DNA from: an uncultured delta proteobacterium
GTDB taxonomy: Bacteria > Desulfobacterota > Binatia > UBA9968
Assembly (NCBI GenBank): GCA_963755715.1
Contig: CAVWLW010000068.1
Coordinates: forward strand, 32,001-96,000
DNA: 64,000 bases
Reading direction: 5' to 3'
In this document: positions 40,379 to 53,159 of the stretch, piece by piece
Layout of the letters: each line of letters opens with the position of its first letter
How positions within the stretch are numbered: position 1 is the stretch's first letter
Notes under the pieces: generated by a model
What the model saw: the letters and a program-made list of their open reading frames with translations, nothing else
What the model was told of the DNA's origin: nothing
Databases searched by the model: none
Translations under genes and position numbers: made by a program

Positions 40379-41491
40379 TTATCCAAATAGTTCTTTCACC
40401 TTGTCGAAGAAGCCTTTCGAAAGCGGATTAACTTCTTCGCCACCGAGCTCGGCGAAGTCTTTCAGCAGCTCTTTTTGTTTGGCTGTCAAGCGTGTCGGTG
40501 TCTCGACGATCACACGGACATGTTCGTCGCCCTGTTGCAATCCCTGGACGTCCTTGATGCCCTTGCCTTTCATGCGAAAGACTTTACCGGACTGAGTTCC
40601 GGAGGGAATTTTCATTTTGACCTTGCCATCGAGCGTCGGCACGTCGATCTCCGCTCCCAAAGCAGCCTGCACGAAACTGATTGGTACATCGCAAATGATG
40701 TCGAGATTATCACGCACGAAAATCGGGTGGGATTCCGTTTGGATCACGACATATAGATCGCCTGGCACTCCACCGACCGGACCTGTTTCACCTTCGCCTC
40801 TTAATTTCAAACGCGACCCGGTGTCGACGCCGGCGGGAATTTTTACGCTCAGTGTGTGCATCGTCCGCACGCGTCCGGCTCCGCCGCAAGTCGCACAAGG
40901 CTCTTTGACGATCGTGCCTTGGCCGTGACATTGGCTGCAGGTTCGGGAAACGCTGAAAAACCCTTGTTGGAAACTAACCTGACCGCGGCCGTGACAAGTG
41001 GGACAAGTCTGCGGCGCGGTGCCCGCTTTGGCACCGGTGCCGCGACAAGTTTCACAGGGTCCGTGCCGCGGAATTTTAATTTTTTTCTCGACGCCAAAGG
41101 CGGCCTCTTCGAACTTCAATGTCAAATTATAGCGCAGATCTTCGCCGCGCCCTCGGCCGCGGCGTCTGCTTCCACCGCCGCCGAAAAACTCGCCGAAGAT
41201 ATCGCCGAATACGTCCTCAAAGCCGCCAGAAAAATCGAAACCGCCTGAGAAAGGACCGCTCTCGCCGAACGCCGCATGGCCGAACTGGTCGTATTGGGAT
41301 CGCTTCTGCGCGTCCGATAGGACGGAGTACGCCTCAGAAACTTCCTTGAACTTTTCTTCCGCCTGCTTGTCGCCCGGATTTCGATCAGGATGATGTTGTA
41401 GGGCCAGCTTCCGGTAGGCTTTCTTGATCTCGTCTTCGCCGGCGCTGCGATTTACGCCGAGCAATTCATAGTAGTCTTTCTTGCCGTTCAA
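40379..41491 (-). CDS. dnaJ: Chaperone DnaJ
   Basis: J domain with HPD, G/F region and four CxxCxGxG repeats. Confidence 0.98.
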   Translation of the reverse strand: MNGKKDYYELLGVNRSAGEDEIKKAYRKLALQHHPDRNPGDKQAEEKFKEVSEAYSVLSDAQKRSQYDQFGHAAFGESGPFSGGFDFSGGFEDVFGDIFGEFFGGGGSRRRGRGRGEDLRYNLTLKFEEAAFGVEKKIKIPRHGPCETCRGTGAKAGTAPQTCPTCHGRGQVSFQQGFFSVSRTCSQCHGQGTIVKEPCATCGGAGRVRTMHTLSVKIPAGVDTGSRLKLRGEGETGPVGGVPGDLYVVIQTESHPIFVRDNLDIICDVPISFVQAALGAEIDVPTLDGKVKMKIPSGTQSGKVFRMKGKGIKDVQGLQQGDEHVRVIVETPTRLTAKQKELLKDFAELGGEEVNPLSKGFFDKVKELFG

Positions 41492-41537
41492 GCGCGATCC
41501 TCTACGTGATGAATGTTAGGTTAAGTACAAGCAAGAA

Positions 41538-41571
41538 AGCCCCTATCCGCTAATTGCGAGGAGTAGGGGCT
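41538..41571 (-). terminator. Hairpin between dnaK and dnaJ (terminator/attenuator-like)
   Basis: agccccta...taggggct inverted repeat downstream of the dnaK stop. Confidence 0.5.
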
Positions 41572-41602
41572 CTTGGGTGAGAAATCTAGGGTCTCGCCGC
41601 GA

Positions 41603-43528
<1,926 letters not shown>

Positions 43529-43562
43529 TTAATGACTCCTAAAAACTTTTGTGACAAGTTAT

Positions 43563-44186
43563 TTAATCATCGCTCTGCCCGTTTTCAACCTTGCTTTCGT
43601 GGTTTTTTTTCTCTCGTGTTTTTACTGCTTTAGCCACGCTGACCAAGGCCGGCCGCAGCAGTCGATCGCGCAGCATATAGCCCTTGTGAAGCTCTTCCAC
43701 CACCGAGTTTGGTTCATGATCATCGGTTTCCACTTGGGTCATCGCCTCGTGTTTTGTTGGATCAAACGGTTGGCCTTGGGCCGAAATAGGCATGACCCCG
43801 TGTTTTGCCAAAACGTCGGTAAGACCCCGAAGCACCATCTCCACGCCTTCGACAAGCGGTTTGCCATTGCCACCGCCCGACGCATGGGCGATCGCGCGTT
43901 CGAGATTGTCGACCACCGGCAGGAGATCCTTCAGCAAACTTTCGTTGGCATAGCGAATCGCATCATCACGCTCACGCCCACTACGTTTTTTATAATTTTC
44001 CAGCTCCGCGGCTTGGCGTAACAAGCGTTCATAATAATTTTTTGCTTCCGTTTCCTTGGTTTCTAGCTGTTGTCGAAGAGATAGGAACTCCGCTTCTACT
44101 GAGTTCGAATCGATTTCTTGAGGTGAAGCCTCGTTGGATTGCTCCGCACCTGATTCGTCGGCGTCTTTTTTAAATTCCTCGCTCAT
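43563..44186 (-). CDS. grpE: Nucleotide exchange factor GrpE
   Basis: AELENYKKR, LLPVVDNLERA, FDPTKHEA and GYML.DRLLRPA.V.V. Confidence 0.97.
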   Translation of the reverse strand: MSEEFKKDADESGAEQSNEASPQEIDSNSVEAEFLSLRQQLETKETEAKNYYERLLRQAAELENYKKRSGRERDDAIRYANESLLKDLLPVVDNLERAIAHASGGGNGKPLVEGVEMVLRGLTDVLAKHGVMPISAQGQPFDPTKHEAMTQVETDDHEPNSVVEELHKGYMLRDRLLRPALVSVAKAVKTREKKNHESKVENGQSDD

Positions 44187-44347
44187 CTATGGCAGTTCTC
44201 CCGCTCGGTTTAATCGTAAAAAAGCTAATCACGAAGACCATCACTGTCAAGGCTTGCTATTCTAAATTCTCCTTTTATTTTAATTAGTTGTCTGGTTTAA
44301 AAAAAAATGTTACGGTGGCAAGAGTCAGTTCCGCAAATGATTCGCTT

Positions 44348-45122
44348 ATGCGACCGAGTCATGTCACCGCCGCAATTGTACTGCGTCATCGGCCTTTTGG
44401 GGAGTCTGATAAAATAATCTCATTTTTGACGGAGGACTTTGGCAAACTTACCGGCATTGCCAAAGGAGCAATGCGGTCGCGCAAGCGGTTCGTAAATTCT
44501 TTGGAACCGTTTGCCTTAGTGAACCTTCGCTTTCACGACCGTCCGCACAGTAGCTTGGCGTTTATTCTAGCAGCGGATACTGGTTACGAGTTTTAGCAAG
44601 CTGCTCAATAGCCTGGAACGAATTTCTTACGCCTCGTACTTGGTTGAAATTACCGATGGATTGGTCGGCGAACGGGAAGAAAATGGCGAGATTTATCGCC
44701 ACCTAAGGGACGGACTGAGTTTTCTCGAACAAAATGAAACGTCGCTTCGATTTCTCACGGCCTTCGAGTTAAAACTTTTGCGCCTAGTCGGCTACCAGCC
44801 GTTTTTGGACAACTGCAAAGGATGTCGCAGTGTTCTCGACGAGGCCAGATCCCAATGGCATTTCAGTCCGATCGATGGCGGCATACTCTGCGAATCCTGT
44901 GCGCGTGCACGCAAGCAGATTCTGCCGCTTGGGGCGACGGCGGTAGAAGTGCTAACCGCATTACAGATGGAAACTGAACTCTCCCGCGTATCGCTGCCGC
45001 GGTCGGTCATACATGAAATTCGCGCGGCGCTGCTGGGTTTTATACAGTTTCAAATGGATCGAGAAATCAAATCGGCAGCTTTTTTATCCGCCTTTTCTGC
45101 CGCGGAATCCGACACGACTTAG
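44348..45122 (+). CDS. recO: DNA repair protein RecO (+1 frameshift at 44579)
   Basis: AIVLR..FGESDKI and AKGA.RSRKRF; after removing A44579 the frame continues to FELKLL..GY.P..C..C...GGILC..C. Confidence 0.9.
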
Positions 45123-45181
45123 ACTCGCCAACACAGCAAATCTACAGCAAAGTTAAATAACCTCGACGAGGACGCAAAATC

Positions 45182-47893
45182 ATGCCGAACAAGAAAAGGA
45201 ATATTTTCTTTTTTGGAAACGGGAAAGCCGAAGGCAATGCTAGTATGCGCGATCTGCTCGGCGGCAAAGGCGCAGGCTTGCATGAAATGACTCGGATTGG
45301 GATCCCCGTCCCGCCGGGATTTACGATCAGTACCGCCGTATGCGGCTACTACGATTCGCACAGCCATCGTTATCCTAAAGGTATCGAGGGGCAAGTCGCA
45401 CAAGCCCTCGCGCGGGTGGAAAAAATCCTCGATCGGCGTTTCGGCGCCGCCGACAACCCTTTGCTCGTCTCGGTTCGCTCGGGCGCGCGCGAATCCATGC
45501 CAGGGATGATGGACACGGTTTTGAATTTGGGTCTTAACGATCGAACCGTGCAAGGTTTGATTCAGCGAACCAAGAACCCGAGATTCGTATTCGACTCTTA
45601 CCGGCGATTCATCCACATGTACGCTGATGTGGTTCTCGGCATCAAGGCGGCGAGTAAGACTAACGGCGATCCCCTCGCTGCGATCCTGGAGCGCAAAAAA
45701 AACAGCCGCGGAGCGCGTTTTGACACGGATCTCGACGCCGCGGACTTACAAGACCTGGTTTGCGAGTATAAGGCCGAGATCAAGAAAACATTAGGGAAAG
45801 ATTTTCCCGAAGATCCCATGGATCAATTGTGGCGTGCGATCGGCGCCGTATTTGGCTCGTGGAACAACGATCGCGCGATCGCTTATCGCGAGCTTTACCA
45901 AATTTCCCACAATTGGGGCACGGCTGTGAACGTCCAAGCCATGGTCTTTGGTAATCTCGGCGATGATTGCGCGACCGGAGTCGCTTTCACACGCGACCCA
46001 GCCACCGGCGATAAGCGGTTCTATGGCGAGTTTCTCGTGAATGCCCAGGGCGAGGACGTGGTCGCGGGCATTCGCACGCCTAGGCCCATTGCAGAACTTT
46101 GCCAAGCGATGCCCAAGGCGGCAAGTGAGCTGCAAAAGGTTTGCAAGCTCCTCGAAAAGCATTATCGAGAAATGCAGGACATCGAATTCACGATTGAAAA
46201 GGGCAAGCTCTGGATGCTGCAAACACGCGCCGCCAAGCGCACTGGGTTTGCCGCGGTGCGCATTGCCGTCGACATGGTCGAAGAACGCATCATCAGCAAA
46301 AAAGAAGCTTTGCTGCGCATCGAGCCGGATCAGCTCAACCAATTGCTGCGACCGGTTTTCGACCAGAAAGGCAAAGAAAAAGCTCATCTATTGGGCAAAG
46401 GTTTACCCGCGGGGCCTGGCGCGGCCACCGGCCGGGTGGTTTTTGATGCCGAGGACGCCGTCGAGTGGAAAAAGCGCGGCGAGCGAGTCGTGCTCTGTCG
46501 CATTGAAACCAGTCCCGACGATATCCGCGGCATGGACGCGGCGCAGGGAATATTGACAGCCCGCGGTGGCATGACCTCCCACGCGGCATTGGTGGCGAGA
46601 CAAATGGGCAAAGTGTGCGTCGCGGGTTGTGAGGTTTTGCACGTCGACTATGCCGCTCGTACCTTGCGAGTCGATCAGACCGAGCTCAAAGAGGGTGAAT
46701 GGATTTCGATTGACGGTAGCACGGGCGAAGTTTTTCAAGGCGAAATCCAAACTTTGCCGTCGGAGGTTTTGCGAGTTGTGCTGACGCACTCGTTAGATCC
46801 AAAAGAGTCACTCATTTATCGACAGTTCGCCAAGCTCATGAATTGGGCGGACGAAGTGCGCACGCTTGGGGTGCGCACCAACGCCGATCAACCCGATCAA
46901 GCGGCGATCGGTAAAGCGTTCGGCAGCGAGGGCATCGGTCTTTGCCGCACCGAGCACATGTTTTTTCAGGGCGAGCGCATCCAGGCGGTGCGAGAAATGA
47001 TCCTCGCCGATGACGAGGTCGGACGGCGGCGCGCGTTGGCAAAGCTCTTGCCGATGCAGAAACAAGATTTCAAGGGCATTCTTGAAATCATGGGAACCTT
47101 ACCTGTAACCATTCGGACGCTCGACCCGCCATTGCACGAATTCTTGCCGAAGCATGACAGCGAGATCGTCGAGCTCGCTCAGGTCATGGGAGTCGCGGTC
47201 GAAGTGCTGCGCGATAAGGTGAACGTTTTGCACGAATTCAATCCGATGTTGGGTCATCGCGGCTGCCGCTTGGGGATTTCCTTCCCCGAAATAACCGAAA
47301 TGCAAGCACAGGCGATTTTCGAAGCCGCTTGCGAGCTGCGGCGCGAAGGCAAGAACCCATTTCCCGAGGTCATGATCCCTCTGGTCGGCTCTCTACCTGA
47401 GCTGCACGAGCAAAAGGCCATCGTAGAGCGGATTGCGAACGCGACCCAGAAGTCTTACGGCGTCAAAGTGCGCTACCTAATCGGCACGATGATCGAGTTA
47501 CCGAGGGCTTGCATGGTCGCTGACGAAATTGCCGAAGAAGCTGAGTTTTTCTCCTTCGGCACTAATGATCTTACACAGACCTGCCTGGGCTTATCGCGGG
47601 ATGATGCGGGAAAATTCTTGCCGAGCTACGTTTTACAGGGCATCTTGCCGGAAGATCCGTTCGTCACCATAGACCGAGACGGGGTCGGTGCACTTATGCG
47701 GATCGCCATAGCAAAAGGCCGGAAAACCCGCAAAAAACTCGAAATCGGCATCTGCGGTGAACACGGCGGTGATCCGAAATCGGTAGCTTATTGCCACGAC
47801 ATCGGCCTCGATTACGTGAGTTGCTCACCGTACCGGGTTGCGATTGCTCGATTAGCTGCGGCGCAAGCCGCGTTACGAAAAAAATTTAATTAG
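45182..47893 (+). CDS. ppdK: Pyruvate, phosphate dikinase
   Basis: LLGGKGAGL, SMPGMMDT, GGMTSHAA, GIGLCRTEHMF and FSFGTNDL. Confidence 0.98.
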   Translation: MPNKKRNIFFFGNGKAEGNASMRDLLGGKGAGLHEMTRIGIPVPPGFTISTAVCGYYDSHSHRYPKGIEGQVAQALARVEKILDRRFGAADNPLLVSVRSGARESMPGMMDTVLNLGLNDRTVQGLIQRTKNPRFVFDSYRRFIHMYADVVLGIKAASKTNGDPLAAILERKKNSRGARFDTDLDAADLQDLVCEYKAEIKKTLGKDFPEDPMDQLWRAIGAVFGSWNNDRAIAYRELYQISHNWGTAVNVQAMVFGNLGDDCATGVAFTRDPATGDKRFYGEFLVNAQGEDVVAGIRTPRPIAELCQAMPKAASELQKVCKLLEKHYREMQDIEFTIEKGKLWMLQTRAAKRTGFAAVRIAVDMVEERIISKKEALLRIEPDQLNQLLRPVFDQKGKEKAHLLGKGLPAGPGAATGRVVFDAEDAVEWKKRGERVVLCRIETSPDDIRGMDAAQGILTARGGMTSHAALVARQMGKVCVAGCEVLHVDYAARTLRVDQTELKEGEWISIDGSTGEVFQGEIQTLPSEVLRVVLTHSLDPKESLIYRQFAKLMNWADEVRTLGVRTNADQPDQAAIGKAFGSEGIGLCRTEHMFFQGERIQAVREMILADDEVGRRRALAKLLPMQKQDFKGILEIMGTLPVTIRTLDPPLHEFLPKHDSEIVELAQVMGVAVEVLRDKVNVLHEFNPMLGHRGCRLGISFPEITEMQAQAIFEAACELRREGKNPFPEVMIPLVGSLPELHEQKAIVERIANATQKSYGVKVRYLIGTMIELPRACMVADEIAEEAEFFSFGTNDLTQTCLGLSRDDAGKFLPSYVLQGILPEDPFVTIDRDGVGALMRIAIAKGRKTRKKLEIGICGEHGGDPKSVAYCHDIGLDYVSCSPYRVAIARLAAAQAALRKKFN

Positions 47894-47941
47894 TCCAAAT
47901 AGTTAATGGAATTGTATACGGAAATAAAACCTCATTCCTTT

Positions 47942-48001
47942 ATTTGTCACCAGCTAGATTTTATTGACAGAATCTTGGTGATCTACGATAATTTGTCACT
48001 T
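47942..48001 (+). promoter_or_regulatory. Sigma-70 promoter of pilB operon flanked by ATTTGTCAC motifs
   Basis: TTGACA (47964)-17 bp-GATAAT (47987); atttgtcac at 47942 and 47991. Confidence 0.65.
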
Positions 48002-48014
48002 ATCGTAGGAACCT

Positions 48015-49742
48015 ATGGAACCACGTTTTGCGGAATTGTTGGTAAAGGGAGGCGTAGTAACCCGCGAGCAGCTCACGGAAGCGCAAAAAAAAGAAAGAGA
48101 GAACGCTTCCAGTATCATTAAAGAAGTCGTTCGACTGGGGTATTCGAGCGAAGAAATCTTAAGCGCATTTCTCGCCAAACAATTTGGCATTGAAACCGCG
48201 GAACTCGTTCCCGGCGAAATTGAAGACGCGGTATTTGCCTTAGTCCCGCCGCAGATAATTCAGAAGCATCAGTTGGTCCCTTATAAACTTTTCGGCTCGA
48301 CTCTTACCGTCGCCATGTCCGACCCGACGGATCTGGTCGCGATCAACGAAGTCAAATTCGTGACCGGTTACGGTGTGCGCGTCGTGCTGGTGACCCCATC
48401 GAATATCAAAAAGATGCTGGATCACCGCTTTGGCGGGGTGAGTTATGACGATGTGCTGAAAAAGTTCGGTGACGGCGAGATGGAGGTCGTCCAGGAGAGT
48501 GACGATGTAAACCTCCAGGAGTTGCAACAAGCCACCATGGACGCGCCCGTGGTGACCCTGGTCAACGCAATTCTTGCCGATGCGGCAAAACGCCGCTGCA
48601 GCGATATTCATATCGAGCCCTACGAAAAAATCTTTCGGGTTCGGTTTCGCATCGACGGCGTGCTGCAGGAAATCATGAGTCCGCCGCTGCGGCTGAAAAA
48701 TGCTCTGGTGTCGCGCTTAAAAGTCATGGCTGGTTTGGATATCGCGGAGCGGCGGCTGACCCAAGACGGCCGCATCAAGCTCAAAATGGGCATGGGCGGT
48801 GAATTGGACGTTCGTGTTTCCATCCTGCCCACCTTGTTCGGCGAGAAAGTCGTGATGCGCTTGTTGGATAAGTCCAATCTGCAACTCGACATGGCCAAGT
48901 TGGGTTTTGATCCGCAGAATTTGAAAGATTTCCACGAGGCGATTCATAAGCCTTATGGGATGATTCTGATTACGGGTCCGACCGGAAGCGGCAAGTCGAC
49001 CACGCTTTATTCCGCTCTATCGGATCTCAACAAGCCTGATGTAAACATTTCCACCGCTGAAGATCCGGTGGAATACAATTTGGTGGGAATTAATCAAGTT
49101 CAGGTTAGAGAACAAATAGGCCTCAATTTCGCTGCCTGTCTGCGTTCATTCCTTCGCCAAGACCCAGATATCATCATGGTTGGCGAAATTCGTGACCTCG
49201 AAACGGCGCAGATCGCTATTAAAGCCGCTTTGACGGGCCATCTGGTCTTGAGCACGCTCCATACCAATGACTGCCCGGCGACTGTGGATCGCTTGATCAA
49301 CATGGGAACCGAACCGTTTCTTTTGACGTCGTCGATCAACATAATCCTAGCCCAACGGTTAGTGCGGAAAATATGCGATCAATGCAAAGAGCCAATTGAA
49401 ATAAAACCGGAGGTTTTGATTAACCTCGGCATCGATGCTGCGGAGGTAGGCGCAGGTTTTCCAACTTTTCACGGTCGAGGCTGCAACAATTGCGGCGGTA
49501 CGGGGTATCGGGGCCGATTAGCGGTGTATGAGGTCATGGTGATGCGTGAAGAGCTCAAAGAAATGATCTTGAAAGCAGCCTCAGCCATGGAACTTAAGCG
49601 TGAGGCCGTCAAACTCGGCATGAGCACGCTGCGCATGAGTGCATTGCAAAAGGTGCGCGAGGGCCTGACCACCGTCGACGAGACTATTCGGGTTACCGAC
49701 AACGATAAAGGTTTCGGTTCGGTTTTTTCGCTTGGATTCTAA
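48015..49742 (+). CDS. pilB: Type IV pilus assembly ATPase PilB
   Basis: SDIHIEP, LDIAERR..QDG, GPTGSGKSTTLY, EDPVE, LRQDPD, STLHTND and a tetracysteine motif. Confidence 0.96.
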   Translation: MEPRFAELLVKGGVVTREQLTEAQKKERENASSIIKEVVRLGYSSEEILSAFLAKQFGIETAELVPGEIEDAVFALVPPQIIQKHQLVPYKLFGSTLTVAMSDPTDLVAINEVKFVTGYGVRVVLVTPSNIKKMLDHRFGGVSYDDVLKKFGDGEMEVVQESDDVNLQELQQATMDAPVVTLVNAILADAAKRRCSDIHIEPYEKIFRVRFRIDGVLQEIMSPPLRLKNALVSRLKVMAGLDIAERRLTQDGRIKLKMGMGGELDVRVSILPTLFGEKVVMRLLDKSNLQLDMAKLGFDPQNLKDFHEAIHKPYGMILITGPTGSGKSTTLYSALSDLNKPDVNISTAEDPVEYNLVGINQVQVREQIGLNFAACLRSFLRQDPDIIMVGEIRDLETAQIAIKAALTGHLVLSTLHTNDCPATVDRLINMGTEPFLLTSSINIILAQRLVRKICDQCKEPIEIKPEVLINLGIDAAEVGAGFPTFHGRGCNNCGGTGYRGRLAVYEVMVMREELKEMILKAASAMELKREAVKLGMSTLRMSALQKVREGLTTVDETIRVTDNDKGFGSVFSLGF

Positions 49743-49836
49743 AGCGAATGGGGTGATCGGCCGCATGCGCATAGATCAATTATTTTTTACGTGTTCGCGA
49801 TGAAATCGATTTATTAGCAAGTTAACGGAAGAGGTT

Positions 49837-51063
49837 ATGGCGACATTTGTTTGGGAAGGCCGAACGGCCCAAGGAAGGGTGGTTAAAGGTGACAATCTCG
49901 AGGCGCCGAGTTTGGAGGCCGCACTCGCCCGCCTCCGCGAGCAGCGCATTCGACCGATTGCCAACCGCGTTAAAGAAAAGGGCAAAGGATTCGACAAAGA
50001 GATCTCGATACCCGGCTTTGGCGACAAGGTCACGACGAAGGATCTCTCCCTAGCTACCCGGCAATTGGCCACCATGATCGATGCCGGTTTGCCAATCGTG
50101 CAGTGCTTAGACATTTTGGCGGAACAATCGGAGAGCAAGCTTCTGCGCACTACGATAGGTACCATTAAAAAGGATGTTGAGGGAGGCTGCACGCTCGCGG
50201 ACGCTCTAAGAAAGCACCCCAAGATCTTCGATGACCTTTACGTGAACATGGTCGAGGCCGGTGAAGCCGGCGGTATTTTGAACACGATCCTAAATCGGAT
50301 TGCGTTGTTCATCGAAAAAGCCAACCGACTGAAGAAAAAAGTCAAAGGCGCCATGATCTATCCTTGCGCGATCGTCGGCGTCGCGGTGATCGTGGTCGCG
50401 GTCTTGATGATTTTCGTTATCCCCGTCTTTGCCGAGCTTTACGGCAGTATGGGAAAAGCTCTTCCAGCACCGACTCAGATTTGTATCAATATCAGCAACT
50501 GGTTCGTTGCCTACTGGTATGTGCTCGTGGCCGGCATAGCCGGCATCATTAGCGGCACTTCCTTTTACTACAAGACGCCGCACGGCCGCATGAAAATCGA
50601 TGGGATCATGCTCCGGATGCCGATCATCGGCGATCTTTTGCGCAAAGTAGCCGTGGCGCGTTTTTCACAGAACATGGCGCTGCTGCTGAGTTCCGGCGTC
50701 CCGATTCTCGATGGTCTGGCGATTACCGGCAGGACCGCAGGCAATAAAGTCGTTGAAAAAGCAATCATGGAGAGCCGCATAAGCATCAGCCAAGGTAAAA
50801 CCGTTGCCGAACCACTGCGTGACAGCAAAATTTTTCCGCCTCTGGTCTGTCAGATGGTGGCGGTCGGCGAAAGTACCGGTGGGCTCGATACGATGCTCAA
50901 GAAAGTAGCCGAGCTTTATGAAGAAGAAGTCGACGACGCGGTCAACAACCTAACGGCAATGATGGAACCGATGATCATGATCGTTCTCGGTGTCGTGCTG
51001 GGCGGCCTAGTCATCGCCATGTATCTGCCGATATTCCAGATGGGTTCATTAGTCGGCGGATGA
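49837..51063 (+). CDS. pilC: Type IV pilus platform protein PilC
   Basis: TRQLATMIDAGLP, EAGEAGG, KVKGAMIYP, VGESTG.LD and MYLPIF. Confidence 0.96.
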   Translation: MATFVWEGRTAQGRVVKGDNLEAPSLEAALARLREQRIRPIANRVKEKGKGFDKEISIPGFGDKVTTKDLSLATRQLATMIDAGLPIVQCLDILAEQSESKLLRTTIGTIKKDVEGGCTLADALRKHPKIFDDLYVNMVEAGEAGGILNTILNRIALFIEKANRLKKKVKGAMIYPCAIVGVAVIVVAVLMIFVIPVFAELYGSMGKALPAPTQICINISNWFVAYWYVLVAGIAGIISGTSFYYKTPHGRMKIDGIMLRMPIIGDLLRKVAVARFSQNMALLLSSGVPILDGLAITGRTAGNKVVEKAIMESRISISQGKTVAEPLRDSKIFPPLVCQMVAVGESTGGLDTMLKKVAELYEEEVDDAVNNLTAMMEPMIMIVLGVVLGGLVIAMYLPIFQMGSLVGG

Positions 51064-51116
51064 TTCGAATAGCGTTCGATACCAACAGGTGAAAGACCGG
51101 CACGAGACGCGCTTTC

Positions 51117-53159
51117 GTGAATGATGAAAACAAAAAATTGACGGAAAAGATCCGCTGGCTGCTGCTGCTGCGGGTAGTGATTCTATCTTTTTTTCTAGGC
51201 GCGACGGCGCTGTTTCATTTCTTTGGAACAGAAGGAGACGTGGCCTATCTGATCAGTCTCTCCATCCCGCTGGTCCTCGCCTACGTCATATCGATTATTT
51301 CCGTCGCTGTCTTGCCCAAAGTAGGCAGCTTGCGCCTATTCGCCCACGCACAAGTCTGCTTCGACGTCATTCTGATCACCGGCATCATCTGGATCACCGG
51401 AGACATCGCCAGCCCGTTCTCGGTTCTTTATAACCTCGCCGTCATGAACGGCGCGATTTTGCTTTTTTATCGCGGTGCGTTTTTTACCGCGGCGTGCTCA
51501 AGCCTGTCCTATTCGGGATTGCTCCTCTGGTCGCGCTTTCTCAATTCGGGCCAGGGAACGCCGCTTACGTGGTCGACCCTCATCCCGATCGTGCTGAGCA
51601 TCAGCAGTTTCTTCGTGATCGCATGGCTCAGCGGCTTTCTGGCCAATAAACTGAGCGAGACCGAACAACTGCTAAAAGAAAAGCAAATCGACTACCAAGA
51701 GTTGGATGCGTTCAAGGACGCGCTGTTACAAGGAATCGGTAGCGGCGTGGCAATCACCGATCCCGATGGACGAATCAACTATTTCAATCAGCAGGCGCAA
51801 GCGCTGACCATGCTCGATGAAGCGAACCTAAAGGGCAAGCGGCTCGATCAAGTCTTCCCGGGTTTGAGCTATGACTTTCAACGCAATCGCAGCGCCGGTG
51901 CGCTCGTGACGGATGAATTGGCTCTTGCCAATTCCTCGACTCAGGGTGCAGCCAAACAGATTCGCCTGACGCTTGCGCCGCTCAATAATTTGAACGGCCA
52001 ACCGATTGGCTTTCTTTCGATCTTCGAAGACATCACTCGACAAAAACAAATAGAAGAAAAAGTACGGCTAGAGGAAGAACTGCGCAGGGGAAGGGAAGTT
52101 GAATTGAACCAGACCTCACCTGCGAGGGATAACCCCGAGTTTCACTTTGAAGGCGTGATCGGTAAAAGCGGTGGAATCGAAAAAATCTATCACCTGATCC
52201 AGAAGGTTGCGGCCAGCAGCACAAATATTCTGATCTCCGGTGAGAGTGGCACCGGCAAAGAGTTGGTGGCGCGCGCGATCCATCTAAACGGGCCGCGCCA
52301 CGGCAAACCGTTCATCGCCGTCAATTGTGGCGCGATTCCGGAGAACCTTATTGAAAGCGAGCTCTTCGGACATGTGCGTGGCGCTTTTACCGGCGCCGTA
52401 TCGGATCACACCGGACTCTTCAAGCAGGCCGACCAGGGAACGATTTTTTTAGATGAGGTCGGTGAGTTGCCGCTCCACCTTCAAGTCAAGCTGTTGCGAG
52501 TTCTCCAGGAAAAGAGTTTCACTCCCGTCGGCGGCAGCAAACCGATCAAGGTCGACGTGCGAGTGATTTCGGCCACTAACCGGGAATTGCGCAAGGAACT
52601 CGAAGAAGGACGATTTCGCGAAGATTTGTTTTATCGCCTGAACGTCGTCCAGATGGTCATGCCGCCACTGCGCACCAGAAAGGAAGATATCTCCGCTCTC
52701 GCACACTACTTCTTGCGGAAGTTTGCCGCCTCTCATGACAAAAAGGTCGAAGAAATTTCTAGCGGCGCCCTGATGCAACTGATGAATCACACCTACCCGG
52801 GAAACGTACGGGAGCTCGAAAATATCATTGAGCATGCTGTTGCGGTGACCAATAAGAATATTCTGGCGGAAGAGGATTTGCCGCAACATATTAAGAGCCT
52901 GCCGCTTGGCGAAGAAGTGGATCTATTCGAGAAAACCGCGCCCGGTGGCGCGGACCTATTTTTTAGCAAAGGCTTGTCGTTAGACGTGGAGCTCGAAACC
53001 CATGAAAAGTGTATTTTGCTAGGGGCGCTGAAGCGCGCCAACGGCGTGCAGAAAAGGGCCGCTGAGATCCTTGGTATTAACTATCGATCGCTCCGTCATC
53101 GTCTGGAAAAATACGATCTACTCAATTCTAAAAGCGATTCCCCCAGCGACCAGCAGTAA
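51117..53159 (+). CDS. Membrane-anchored sigma-54 activator: PilS-like TM sensor + PAS fused to PilR-like AAA+/HTH (no kinase, no receiver)
   Basis: About 6 TM helices with PilS-like DVILITGIIWITG..SPFS.LY; PAS (aa ~200-307, ending FEDIT); ~36-aa linker; GESGTGKE, ESELFGH..GAFTGA, FLDEV, FREDLFYRL, YPGNVREL and Fis-type HTH AAEILGINYRSLRHRL. Confidence 0.88.
   Translation: MNDENKKLTEKIRWLLLLRVVILSFFLGATALFHFFGTEGDVAYLISLSIPLVLAYVISIISVAVLPKVGSLRLFAHAQVCFDVILITGIIWITGDIASPFSVLYNLAVMNGAILLFYRGAFFTAACSSLSYSGLLLWSRFLNSGQGTPLTWSTLIPIVLSISSFFVIAWLSGFLANKLSETEQLLKEKQIDYQELDAFKDALLQGIGSGVAITDPDGRINYFNQQAQALTMLDEANLKGKRLDQVFPGLSYDFQRNRSAGALVTDELALANSSTQGAAKQIRLTLAPLNNLNGQPIGFLSIFEDITRQKQIEEKVRLEEELRRGREVELNQTSPARDNPEFHFEGVIGKSGGIEKIYHLIQKVAASSTNILISGESGTGKELVARAIHLNGPRHGKPFIAVNCGAIPENLIESELFGHVRGAFTGAVSDHTGLFKQADQGTIFLDEVGELPLHLQVKLLRVLQEKSFTPVGGSKPIKVDVRVISATNRELRKELEEGRFREDLFYRLNVVQMVMPPLRTRKEDISALAHYFLRKFAASHDKKVEEISSGALMQLMNHTYPGNVRELENIIEHAVAVTNKNILAEEDLPQHIKSLPLGEEVDLFEKTAPGGADLFFSKGLSLDVELETHEKCILLGALKRANGVQKRAAEILGINYRSLRHRLEKYDLLNSKSDSPSDQQ

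Noticed and set aside
44187-44347. CIRCE element or hrcA upstream of grpE-dnaK-dnaJ
   Set aside because: No TTAGCACTC-N9-GAGTGCTAA and no hrcA ORF are visible.
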